A stretch of DNA of 64,000 nt from the human T2T-CHM13v2.0 reference genome, Homo sapiens, in the NCBI RefSeq assembly GCF_009914755.1, contig NC_060928.1; one strand, 5' to 3'. This document shows, one piece after another, positions 31,380 through 45,287 of the stretch; within the stretch, counting starts at the first letter, position 1; the number at the start of each line of letters is the position of its first letter. Under the pieces are notes generated by a model. That model saw only the letters and a list, made by a program, of their open reading frames with translations, did not search any database and was not told the DNA's origin. The translations under genes and the position numbers were made by a program.

Positions 31380-31770
31380 TGCATGCACACACACACACAA
31401 CACGCACACACGACAGGTGCACTTCACACACATGCAGCCGCACACAGGCATTCATACACACAAGCATGCATACACACACATCTACATACCCACATGCATA
31501 CACATACAGACGCACACACCACGCACACGCACTCACATACATGCAGTCATGCACACATATATGCATGCACATGCAGTAACAAAACAGGCCTACACAGTAG
31601 CATACACGCGTGAACACGCACACACACTTAAATCACATACAGATCTTCACAAAGGCATACTCACATATGTATACACATGCATACATGCCCACACACACAC
31701 TCATACAGGTATACACACCCATATATACACTTACACACACGCATACTCATACACACAAAGCTTCATGCAG
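31380..31770 (+). repeat. Degenerate (CA)n tract (UG-rich in CRMP1 pre-mRNA)
   Basis: CACACACA/CATGCA/CATACA units over ~390 bp. Confidence 0.9.
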
Positions 31771-33167
31771 GAGGACCCCAAATCCCTTCCAAAGAGAAGT
31801 CACTTTGCCTGACACTACCACCTACCCACCCCCGGAAAGGACCCCTGAGTCCCAGACAAGGCAGCAGCAACGGGCCCATCTTCATGTATGTTCTTGTAGA
31901 AGTCAACAGCGAGGCAAAGATTCGGGGGGCAGATAGTTTGTTGGGAGATGGTTCCAGAAAGGGGGAAGGAGTGGGGAGCTGAGACAGGGAGGGAGAAAAC
32001 TCAGTACAGAGGGACAAGGAGTGGGCCAGGTCTATGGGGGGCAGGGCTGGGGATGCTGTGGGGAGGACACCTCCACACCAGCCTGCAGGAGGACGAGGAA
32101 GGAGGGCAATGGAGCCACAGCCCTAGCCCCACTGGGAAAGGGTTGTGGGGGCAGAGACCCTGAAAGCAGCAGGGCTTCCAGGCAGGAGGCTGTCAGCCTG
32201 CTGGGAACTGCTGACAGCAGCCCAGGTGACCTCAGGGATGGCCAAGGTTGGGAGGGCACCTGCTCCAGGCACTGGAGAACAGCATGTGTTCAGGGACCTG
32301 TACAGGGTCCCAGCATGAGTCAGTGGCAGTGCCCTAACCCAACACGGGGCTTCATCCTCCATATCAGGTGACAGTGCCCTGACCCCAGGCCTGGCTCCCT
32401 CCTTCTCTGCAGGTGATAGCACCCTGACCCCCAGCTCTGGGCTCCTGTCTCTCCATAGGAGGAAGCCTTAATTTTAGCACCAAGTTTAAAGACCCAGCAC
32501 CTGCACATCATGTCAACGGCCCTCCCCTCTGTCCCTGGAGCCCTGCTCCCCGACTCCCTGGGCCTCACTGTATCCTGTGCATTCTCTGTGGCTGTGGCAT
32601 TGCTTCCTGGGTGAGGCCGTTCATCACTCCCTGAAGCTCAGGTGGCCAGAGGCAGGCTCTGATGCAGGTCTCTCCTTCACCTGGTCTAGCTCCTGCAGGC
32701 ATGAAGGAATCCCTGTGCAATGGGACCCCCCGATCCTATTGCTCCTGCAAATTGCTGTCTTGGCATTTGGGGTCAGATATCTGCCCTCACGGAAGCTGAC
32801 TGTTAACCGCAGGCCTCAGCTTCAGACCAAGAAGGAAATGAAGCCAGCCAAGGGGTGTGTCTGCCTCTTCAGTGGGTGTCCCAGCCAGGGATTTCCATGA
32901 GTCCCCTTGTCCTCATATGGCCTGCTGCCTGTGCCTGGCCTTGTCTCGGATCTGACTTGTTTCCACCCCATCCCTTGTTTCCCCATCCAGTGCAAAGCAT
33001 CTGTGCGACTTGGTGTCTTTGACCTGGTGCTACACCTTATGGAAGCTGGGGAGAGACCAAAACCAGATGCAGAGCCTCCCAGTCCGGGCTGGAGCCTGGG
33101 AATGCAGGAAGGTCTCTGGACTTCTCCATCTCAATTGGTCACTTAGGAAGCATACAAAGAACAGGAC

Positions 33168-33363
33168 CACACAGGTACACACATGGCCACACACACAGAG
33201 CTCACCACATGCTCGCATACACACACGCGCACACACACACACTCCAACACACGCACACACATCCCCATATGCACACATACACACGTGCATGCATGTACAC
33301 ATGCACACATGACACGCATAGACATACACACATGTGCGCGTGCACACACACACACACACACAC
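33168..33363 (+). repeat. Degenerate (CA)n tract
   Basis: CACACACA/CACATG units ending in a pure (CA)n run. Confidence 0.9.
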
Positions 33364-34097
33364 GAAGCTGGCCTTTCTGGCAAACATCAGCTGTCTCATG
33401 GGGAAAGCAGCTGCCATGGGGATGGGAGGGCCTGGCTGGGGAAGATGTTGGCCACGGGCGGGAGTCTCTCTCAGCTGTGAGAAAGTTCCCTCCTCTGAGT
33501 TGCTCTAAAGTTAGGAATAGAGCCTGCTCCTTCCCTTTGACAGATGTCCTGAGGTCAGTGCTAAGGTTGTTCAAGGAAAATAAGGAACGACAGGGCAGAA
33601 ACGTCAAGGGAGGAAGGAAAGGAAGAAAGGGCGGATCTGAAGGAAGCCCTGCCTGCAAGATGCCAGGGGTAACACCTTGCTCCACAGGGCCAGACCCGAG
33701 GGTTTCTGAGCCGTGACTCTGGCTAAGCCCTTCACTGCTCTGGGCTGCAAAAGGAGGATCACAGCACCTCCCGTGGGTGGGCAGGATTACTTAAGATGAC
33801 GCAGGACAGCGCCCAGAGCAGCTTGGTAAGCGTCCCTCCCATGATCCACCCACCCTCACGGGTGCACACCCCTCTACAGTTTGCAAAGCCCTGGAACTTG
33901 CATGTCCTCATTTGATGCTCACTCCTGTCCTCAGACAGGAGCCCAGGCCAGCGTCTCAACCCATTTAACAGATAAGGAAACGGAGGTTCCCAGGGCGATG
34001 ACATTATTAACTCTGCACACGTCAGATCTCGATTCCCCAAGAGACGCTGTCGGCTCTGGTCCCACGGGTGGGCCCGCTCCCCTGCAGACACACTCAC

Positions 34098-34277
34098 CTT
34101 ATTCCTGATTTTGACGCGCTGGTACAGGTGCTCCGGGAACGCCTTCCGCGGAATGAAGCGGCCCATGCCCTTGTTGACGTTGATGTTTCCGTCTTCAAAG
34201 ACGATCTTGCCCTGGCTGATGACCACTAGTGGGGAGCCGTGGCACTCCATACCCTCGAAGATGTTGTACTCCACCGC
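34098..34277 (-). CDS. CRMP1: CRMP1 exon 12, 180 bp
   Basis: gtgcag|GCGGTG...AATAAG|gtgagt; encodes [60 protein letters not shown]. Confidence 0.97.
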
Positions 34278-34765
34278 CTGCACCAACAGCCTCAGCGTTA
34301 CTTCCCAGGATTTGCTCTGCCCCAAACGAGCTGTTCATAACAGCGATTTTGCCTAACATTATATCATAAGCGTGTTCCAATGTTTTTTTTTCTCTCTAAA
34401 AATACCTTTTATTGACTGTAATATTCCACTGTATGGTCCACAGTGTATATAACCAACAACTCACCGTTGCGCATGTAGGCTGCCGGTGGCTTTCTATAAT
34501 CAAATCAATATTGTTCTGGGGCATCACAAAGAGGAAGGGGGTCCCCCGGGGTTATGCAATGTGGCTGCTTTGACTGTACTGGACATAAAAATAAGTAAAA
34601 TGTTCTTCATTTTACTTAAAATGTGTCTTTAAATAAAATTTTTTTCTCTAGGTTTCTAAAATCAAATTACTGGGTGAAAGAATAGAGCTGTTTTAAAGCA
34701 CGTGTGCCATATGGCCAAATTATTTTCCCAAGGGTTCAGATCAATTGACACGATATCGGCACTTA

Positions 34766-35111
<346 letters not shown>

Positions 35112-36559
35112 TCACATACATGGTTGAAAACAATCAACTGGTAAAAAAGATATTGGATAGAAAGGTAAGTCTGTGTTCTACTTGAGTCTGAGACATATGC
35201 CCTGAAGAGTTTCTTCTGTATCTCTAAGTATGTCCGAGGCATGAATAACTGTCTGACATATACACATCTCTACACAGACATTTCTCAGCTTAATTTTTCT
35301 TTACCTCAGCAATTGTTCCATATCAGCACACATACAAAATACTTTTACACTGCTACATTTCATCAGGAGGATGTACTACCATTTATATGCCCAGTTCCCA
35401 AGAATAAACAGTTGGGTCATTACCATGCCTTTGCTAAAAACTGCTGAAACAGACTTTGCATCCACAGTCTGCACACGTGAACATGTTTCTAGATGTGGAG
35501 TTGGGGGCCAAAGAGTAAATGGATTTTCATCTTTGACAGATTTGCCCTCCAAAAAAGACAACACTAGTTTCCATTCCCAACAAAACTCCGTGAGCTTACC
35601 TGACAGCCTTTGGTAAACAGTATCTATGTATATTAAACTCCTGATCTCAGTTGCTGGCACAGGTGAAAAATACTATCTCTAGGTGGTTATTTGCATCTGT
35701 GACTGAGACTGGGTCTCTTTTTAAATCAACACATGCCATTTCTATATTTATTTCTTACGGTGTCACTGTGTTTTGCACATTATTCTATTTCTCAGGGTCT
35801 TGGCATTCTTCTTACTGATTTCTAAAAGTACACACTCAATGTTAAAGAATTTATCCTTTGTTATGTGTGTTGCAAATATGTCCTCCCTCCCTGGTCCTCT
35901 GTCTCTGGAACTCAAATGAAGTAATTGTTTTTGCCACACAGATTATTTTGTATAATTTTTGTGTAGTCAGTGGTCAAACAGACCATTCTTTACCATTTCT
36001 AAGTTTTGTGTCTTGCTTAGCAAGATCCTTTCCCCTTCAAAATTATCATTCTTTCAAAAAATGTGTGTTGTATTCTAGTCCTTTCATAGCTTTATTTTAT
36101 CTTAATCTTTGAACCATGGTTTGATTTGTTTGATAGTAAATAGTAGGGCAGAGGTTAAGCCTCTTGGGCCAGGTGTTCTAACACAATTGGATGAGTAACT
36201 ATCGTTTCCTAATTCTAATTGTCTCCTTTATTGTAAACCAAATTCTCATATGCAGTCAGTCTATTCCTTGGCTCTCTTTTCTTGTACCCCTGCCAAACTG
36301 TTTGGTTTATTGCAGCTTTATGACACGTTTTAATAACTGGGATGACTGATACCCCCGGGCCCAGTCTTCCCTTTTTTCAGAACTATTTCAGCTACTCTCA
36401 CATTTCTCATCTGGGAACTCTGCTTTCCTAGCTAAACAATTAAATTTTCTGATGGGATCACATCAAGTTTATAGATTAGATTAGAAAGAATTGATATGTT
36501 CACTATATTGGATCTTCTCAGTGTAAAAGTCCCTGAATTTATGTAAGTCTTTAGTTTTT

Positions 36560-36856
36560 TATTTTTGTTTGTTTGTTTGGTTGTTTTGAGACAGGGTCTC
36601 AGTCTGCAGTGCAGTGGCACGATCATGGCTCACTATAGCCTCCAAGTCCTGGGCTCAAGCAATCCTCCTGCCTCAGCCTCTCAAGTAGCTAGGACTACAG
36701 GCATGCACCACCATGCCTAGTTAATTTTTTTATTTTTTTGTAGAGGCAGGGTCTCACTATGTCACCCAGTTTGGTTTCAAACTCCTAGCCTCAAGTCCCC
36801 CTACCTGAGCCTCCCAAAGTGCTGGGTTTACAGGCATGAACCACCACGCCAGGCCA
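36560..36856 (-). mobile_element. AluJ-like, within degraded old L1 sequence
   Basis: GAGACAGGGTCTC...CCTGGGCTCAAGCAATCCTCCTGCCTCAGCC...CCACCACGCCAGGCC. Confidence 0.88.
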
Positions 36857-37549
36857 AGTCTTTAGTTTTTATTGCTATTACAGGATTTTGATTTCCATTC
36901 TATTTTCCAAAGTGATTTTTGATTCTTCCATAGAAAAACTATCAATTCTTTATATTGGTTTGTAATCTGATGGTGTTTGATGATTTTTAGGTGCATTCTT
37001 GGGGGTTCCAGGCAATCACGTCTCCTACACACAGCTGTTGACACTGTGCCAGCCTCGCAGGACCCAGGCAGACAGTGCGTTTCCAGTGTTAGCATTTGCT
37101 AACCTAATTCTCCCTCACCCTAAAGTGGCTCCACTATGGAGTGATTCATAACTGTGCCGAGGGACACATGGATTGTGAATGCGGAGGGGCGGTGCAAGGA
37201 ACCAGTCACCCATCTCCCAGCTGAAACTGGCCAGCCCTTGGGGACCTGGGCTGCTGTCCCTACTCCTGGGTGAGGAACGTGCTGTGCTTTGGTGAGAATC
37301 TCAAGCTGCAGAGGTGTGAGGAGGCCCTGGTCATATCACAAATGCCACACCCTGCATTTCACAAGAACACTGAATTGTAAACATCAATTCCTTCATTTCT
37401 TAAAGGTAACATACAAACAATGTAAAAATTTAAACAACACAAAACACCATGATGAAAAAACCTCTTGCCATCCATGAGCCCCATTTCCCTGGTCCCCTCC
37501 AGGGAGAACTGGTTTCTTTTATACCCTTTAAAGAGCAGCCACTCAAGCT

Positions 37550-37955
37550 CATGTGTGCATAAACTAAACGTGGTCCATCCCTACAAGGGGGTATTATTCA
37601 GCCATCAAAGGAACATGGTACCCATCCATGATATAGCACGGATGATCCTCAAAAATATGATGCTAAGTAGAAGCCAGACATAAAAGGCCACATATTGGAT
37701 GATTCCATTTATATGAAATGTCCAGAATAGGCAAATCCATAGAAACAGAAAGCAGATTAGTGGTTGCTAGGGAATGGGGGTGAGAGAGAGGGACTGATTG
37801 TTCATGGGTACAGGGTTTCTTTTCTGGAGGTGATGAAAACATTCTGGAATTATGATTGTACAACCTTCTCAATATACTAAAAGCCACTGAATTGTACACT
37901 TCAAAATGGCAACACTTATGGTATATGAATTATATCTCGATAAGAAACTTAAAAA
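37550..37955 (+). mobile_element. L1MB/MC-like 3' end fragment
   Basis: ATGCTAAGTAGAAGCCAGACATAAAAGGCCAC...GATTCCATTTATATGAAATGTCCAGAATAGGCAAATCCATAG...ACTGAATTGTACACTTCAAAATGG. Confidence 0.8.
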
Positions 37956-38406
37956 CATCCAGATAGTCTATGATATACAAACATGTATGCATACCCATGA
38001 TGTGGCACTTTGATGTGAATGTTTTCCACAAAGATAGGAAAGAATAAAAGTTGTGTTTTATAGAAAAGTAGATTTAAAATCTAATCACTGGTCAATATAT
38101 AAGGAATGATCTCTTTTCATTGTTAAAAGTAACATTTTTTTAAAACATATAAAAACAAAACGAACCTCTAAGCATTTCTCAATCCATGTTCTGAAAAAAT
38201 TGCAATTATGTGGATGGCATTGCTTTGGACAGAGAAAATGAAACAGACAAAATCCTTTGGTCAAACCACCTCACGGAATCCTCAACTGTCCTCTTGCTGC
38301 TATGAAAAGAATTCAAATCTTGCCTCACACAGAGAGGGGATGCTTCCCCAAGTTTACCCTGAAGACAGTTACCTCCCAGATGGGTAACCTTGGGTATATT
38401 ACATAT

Positions 38407-39160
<754 letters not shown>

Positions 39161-39371
39161 TGTGTCCTCTCTCTCTCTCCATTTTCTCATTTATCAATAA
39201 CAATATACCTAACTTAGAAGATCGTGAGGATTAAATGAGATGATGCATGGAGAATGCTAAGCACGAAGTAACTACAAAACAGTATTTGGCTGGATTGTGA
39301 TGATAATCAGAGTGCCCACTCCTGAGCATGGAATCTGGTGTGGCCTCTGATCCCACACTGAAATAGTAAGA

Positions 39372-39747
<376 letters not shown>

Positions 39748-39830
39748 TCACGTTCCTTTCTAGATAAGGATCACCTTGTGAAGCAAGGGGCAGCTCCCAC
39801 AGCCAGATGGCGGTAGGAGTGCACACCCTG

Positions 39831-40224
39831 TGCTATGGTTGGAATATCCCCTCAAAATTCAACTGGACATTGACTTGCCATTGCAATGGTATTAAGATGT
39901 GAGACCATTAAGAGCTGATTAGGTCATGAAGGCTCTGCCCTCATTAATGGTTAATGCTATTATCACAGGAATGAGTTAGTTATTGTGAGACTGGGCTTGT
40001 TATAAAAGCAAATTCAGCGTCCTCTTGATACTTCTTTCACACTTGTCCTGTCTTATCCTTCTGCCCTCTGCCATGGGATAACTCAGCAAGAAGGCCTTTG
40101 CCAGATGCCGGCATTTTAATACTGAAATTCCCAGCCTCCAGAACCGTGAGCCACATAAATTTATTTTCTTATAAATTACCCAGTCTGTGGTATCTATTAC
40201 AGTAGCACAAAATGGACCAAGACA
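39831..40224 (+). mobile_element. MST-family MaLR LTR
   Basis: TGCTATGGTTGGAATATCCCC...GGTCATGAAGGCTCTGCCCTCA...TATAAATTACCCAGTCTGTGG...AATGGACCAAGACA. Confidence 0.8.
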
Positions 40225-40653
40225 CCCTCTCACTGGCAAGACCCTCTCAGACGCTCTCCCATTGCCTCTCCTATGTGCACAGACCCCAAGCAGTGTGTAC
40301 ACACGTGAAATAATTCATAATAAATAATAGAATTGCAAGCCCTGCTGGACTGTACATGTGCGTGGCATAAACCTTTCTCCATGGGAAGATGATCTCAGGC
40401 ACCCCGTTCCCTGGAGATGGGGGCTGTGGGAAGCAAGTAGTGTTACCAGGGAGCATTGTGTATTATAAGAATGACCTGGATTGGTGAGCCGGACAAGGTC
40501 AGTGAGCAGCTACCGAGACCTCTGCTTCTGCAGGCCATGTCTGTGGCAGCCAATGGATACTCCAGGGCCATGGCCGTGAGCTGCTACAAGTGTTTCCTGT
40601 GGCTTTCTTATGAAACTTCCTTGTGCCTCATGTCCTGTCCCCACACCTGTGGT

Positions 40654-40731
40654 CTCCTTCTCCAGTATGTGAGCCCATACTCCTTCTCCAGTATGTGAGC
40701 CCATACTCCTTCTGCAGTATGTGAGCCCATA
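40654..40731 (+). repeat. 26-bp tandem repeat x3
   Basis: CTCCTTCTCCAGTATGTGAGCCCATA x3, one mismatch. Confidence 0.95.
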
Positions 40732-41523
40732 GCCCATGGGGCCATGGGAACACCCACTGCAGCTCCATCACGGTGTGCACATGCACTACTTCTGGCCTGT
40801 GTGCTTGCACAGACTCCAGTGAACCAGGGACCACTGTGGCCTCTTGGGTCTGTGCGTGTAGTTGTTAATCCAGACCCAAGGCCACTCTTGGCCATGCAGG
40901 AGGGTGTTAAAGCAAGCCCTTCAGGGAGGCACAGTTGTCTTCTGCCATCTCTGCATGCACCCTCTCTGTGCACGCATCTTTGGTAGGTTGCTGGATGAGT
41001 GGAGAAATCAAAGGCATATAAGATACAAAGCAGAGAAGGCCCATAACTATGGGCATGGAATGTGAAAAAGTGTGCACTTTAGGGCCAACCCTTTCCTGTC
41101 TATTAGCAGCCAGCCACAAAACCGAGTGGGAGGTTTCCGACATACCAAATCAAATCCTTTCCAGCTTGATAATTAAATTGAGAACCTTAGATCTAATACT
41201 TTCCCTCGCTGAGCCCTGAAGCTTACACATTATAAGCAGTGTCAGATGGCTGGGAACACATGCATCCATGGGCAGGAGCAAAGAGACAGAGAGAGAGGAG
41301 AGGAAGAGAGAGAGAGAAAGAGAAGGAGAAGCAGCTTAGTTGAGCCTGCTCAGATCCCTCCTCCCAATCTCTCCAACTGGAGGAGAAATGGGAATGACTG
41401 AGTCAGGCTAGATATCAGATCACATCCTAGTTGGAAAATTCATAAATCATTTTTAACCAGTCTTTAAAAATGATTACAACGAAGAATCACTTATCTCAGC
41501 AGCACAAATAGGCCAGGACTTAC

Positions 41524-41694
41524 CGACTTGTGACTTTTGGCTGTTATGGTCTTCAACTTGTCGGGGTCCCAGATGACCACGTCGGCATCCGAGCCCACGG
41601 CAATCCGCCCTTTCCTTGGGTACAGGTTAAAGATCTTGGCTGCATTGGTGCTGGTGACAGCGACAAACTGGTTCTCATCCATTTTGCCAGTAGC
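41524..41694 (-). CDS. CRMP1: CRMP1 exon 11, 171 bp
   Basis: ctgtag|GCTACT...AAGTCG|gtaagt; encodes [57 protein letters not shown]. Confidence 0.97.
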
Positions 41695-42373
41695 CTACAG
41701 GCAAGACCCACAGATGAGAAGAGCATCTCATAATGGGGCCAGGAGGAGGGGCAGCTGGGCACAAATGGAAGACTGCCAGCTGAGGCCTTGCAAGGCTTGG
41801 AATTCTCTCCTCTCCCAGCTAAAAACGTGCCATCATCAAGAACCCCAGAAGGCCCAGCCTCATCAGAGAGGACATTTAATTAACCGCACAGAGGTATGTT
41901 GACGCAAGAGCCACTATGACATCTTGTCCATGTCACCAGGCCCCAGTTTAACAGAAGATTAAAAACCTTTGGTTTCAGGTCAGTGATCAGAGTGAGACCC
42001 AGCTCTTCCTCTGCAACAGGAATTCTCTCTCTACCCACTCAACATCCCAACTCCTAACACGTGTGCACATGCACACACACAGCGTTACAGAGCCATTTCC
42101 ACAGGAACTAAGACGTGGTTGAGAAACAAAACAAAACATTTTTCAATCTTAAGATGTAAAGGACAAGGGTGACATCCACAAATGCAGAGGCCTCTCCCGG
42201 ACTTGAGCTACTATCTCTCAAGTTATGCGTTCCCTCCTGCGCCCTCCTAGTATATCTGCTTCCGCCTCCATGTAAGAAGGGAACTTTTAAGAACCCAGCG
42301 TGCATAATGCATCGGCTTTCACAGGGCAGGTAGAGTGTTTCTAGAATGCTCCTGAGAAGAGATCCAGCCTTAC

Positions 42374-42515
42374 CACCGCCTTGTCCCAGACGACCGTCAT
42401 CCGCTCCTCTATCCCGTTGACACCCTCGGGGATCAGGGTAAAGTTGTCCTTGCCCACCGCCTTCTGGGCAGTGCTGTAGGGACAGTGGCCGCTGCCTGTG
42501 ACCTGCAAGTCCCCA
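42374..42515 (-). CDS. CRMP1: CRMP1 exon 10, 142 bp
   Basis: ttgccag|TGGGGA...GCGGTG|gtaagg; encodes (C)[47 protein letters not shown]. Confidence 0.97.
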
Positions 42516-42956
42516 CTGGCAAGGACAAAACAAGGTAGAGTTCAGACCCTAGTTCATTTTGAAGGCAAATCCTGACTTCAGACAGGTACATGCAGCACAG
42601 CCAGTGAATGAATGAATAGATAAGGAAGCCAGTGGGTAAGAGAGACTCTCTAGCGTGTGCCTGCACGTGTCACAAGTCAGGGATGCCCCATTTATGTCAC
42701 TGGCCTCATGCTTTGCACGTTACAAAGTGAGTAATGTGTGCTGACATTTGTCTTCTTGACATAAGGCAGTTGGCTTAAGGGCTGGCCAGAGTGTTTGTGC
42801 TGTGCTTGCAGAACAAACACTATTCATTGGTTACAGCAAAGTGGCACAAGTTCACTGGGATTTACCCTTTTGTCCCCTGGTGTTTTAAAAACAAATACTC
42901 TTTGATATATCAGGTGCCCTGAGCTGAACACCTAAGACAATAAAATGAATGGACCA

Positions 42957-43323
<367 letters not shown>

Positions 43324-43429
43324 TTATTAGTGGTTCTAAATGCAAGGTGAGGAAGGTGAGGCTGTCCTCCAATCCAGAGGCCCAGGAAATGTTAGCAATT
43401 GCCTAGATGCAGAGGAGTATATTTAGAAG

Positions 43430-44150
43430 TTTTCTTCACTCATTTATTCAACAAAATTGTGTTGCATGCTTCCTATGTGCCCGGTACAATTTAAGGAATG
43501 GGGACTGCATCTAAGATCAGAAAGAGAGAGCTTCTGCATGTGTCAGCTATACTGAGGGATGGGGGAGACTGGCAATAAGCAGAGGCGAATGGGGCACATG
43601 GGCGCTGTTAGAGTGAGTGTCAGGGATTCAACCAAAGCAGGTGGGGATGAGGCGTGCTGGGGACAGGCTGGAGATGCCATTTCCAGGAGGATAATCAGAA
43701 AATTACGTCACTGAGGAGCCTTCTAGCAAAGATCTGAAGGAAGTCACAGAGCAAACCATGTGGCGTCTAAGAAAGAGGGAACTAGCCAGGGGTTCCCATG
43801 AGTGTAAAGGCCCCGAGGCAGGGTCCTGCCTGGGGTTCAGGGTCAGCATGAAGCTGGGACTGGACCGAGGGAGCCAAGGGCAGAGGAGGCCCAGGGAGGG
43901 AGGTTGGTCAGGGCGTGTGCACCGGATTGAGTTCTGCCTTGTTGGATGTTGCAGGGACTTGGGTTTCACTGGCAGAGGACTTACTGGTTCCAAGCAGAGG
44001 GGTGCTTGATCTAATCTAGGTTCTAAATGTCTGACAGCAGACTGTGATGGGTAGGGTGGGGTGGGCCCGTGTGGAAATAGAAAGTCTTGGTCGGAAGCCA
44101 GGGATGATGGTGGCCTGAGCCAGGATGGCCACAGCAGACAGGTGAGGCGT
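43430..44150 (-). mobile_element. L2-like degraded fragment
   Basis: TCACTCATTTATTCAACAAA...CCTATGTGCCCGGTAC is an L2 3' end motif; the rest is diverged. Confidence 0.55.
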
Positions 44151-45130
44151 TGTCAGACTCTAGGGCCTCTGGTCCGTGTTCCTGACATTTTCTTAGATGG
44201 GCAAGACTGTGGGACTAGCAGCTTTATGGGGGAAGATCTGCAGTTCTTTGTAAACGTGAGCTGCCCACCAGACATTGGACTGCAGATGTTGAGTAAGCCC
44301 TTGGCTACGCTAGTCAAAGGTTTCTGTATCATCAGGGGGATGGTGATTTCCACGTGGGCGCACACCACTGCCCCCTCCTCCAAGGTTCCTTCTGCCAAGA
44401 AGCCCCATCTTATCCTCCCCTATTGGGCAAACTCCTACTCATCCCCAAGCTTTAGTCTTGATGCCCCCTCCTCCAGAAAGCCTTCTGCAAGCCTCCCGGT
44501 GGGTTCTGAGCATGCGTCTCTGCTTCCAGAGCGGCCTGGACACTTAGCCTCGCTGTGTGGCCCTGCTATTGCTAAGTGCTCTTCCCTCCTGGTGGCTAAC
44601 AGAAGGGAAGGGGCTGAGGTGCTGGGCTCCACAGTGTGCGTGCACCACAGCAAGTGTGCTGCAGGCAGCAGCGGCCACTTCTGGAGCACTCGGTTCCAGG
44701 TCCTTTTCCTGCACTGTCCCATAGGCAGCTCTGCCACAGGTACTGTCTGCTTCCACTTTGAGTAAAACGAGGGAGACAGAGAGATGTCACGGGTGACGTG
44801 CCAGGTCCGGGGTGACACAGCCTTGTCTCCATCCCTGATCCTGAGTGCTTCCCGATACACCATGGTGCCTGCCACAGAGCAGGTGCTTAACAGTAGGTTG
44901 GCTCAACAGGAGGTGGTCAATTGATGTGAATGGAACAGTCACTGGATGCCACAGATCTTCAGGTCCGTGAGGGCCTGTTGTAAGCCATATGAGCGCAGTC
45001 CTTGCAGAGCACGGGGCAGAGCCTCCTCTACAATCATGAGTCCAAACCAGCCTGCGGATTCCCACCATTAACTCTCTGCCTCCAAAGGCCCCAGCTGCCT
45101 CCCCCAGCCCCACGTTCTCACAGGTCTCAC

Positions 45131-45287
45131 CAGGCCAGTAGGGAGGTCAAGTAGTCGGGCGTGGTAGGGTCCGGGCTCAGGGGAGGGGAAGTCACGAACG
45201 CCGCAGCCTTGGCCCAGTTCTTGCTCCAGTAATGGGTGCCATCGGTCCCCAGGCTGGCGGCAATGGGCTCTCCAAAAACTAGGGGCC
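45131..45287 (-). CDS. CRMP1: CRMP1 exon 9, 157 bp
   Basis: ctcctaag|GGCCCC...GGCCTG|gtgaga; encodes (G)[51 protein letters not shown](C). Confidence 0.97.

Noticed and set aside
31231-33716. His/Thr- and Cys/Val-rich ORFs
   Set aside because: Artefacts of CA/TG repeats.
33759-34325. 188-aa ORF containing CRMP1 exon 12
   Set aside because: Only 34098-34277 is CRMP-like and bounded by AG/GT; the flanks are intronic open frame.
44061-44765. 234-aa plus-strand ORF in CRMP1 intron 9
   Set aside because: GTG start, overlaps degraded repeat sequence, and has no recognisable domain.
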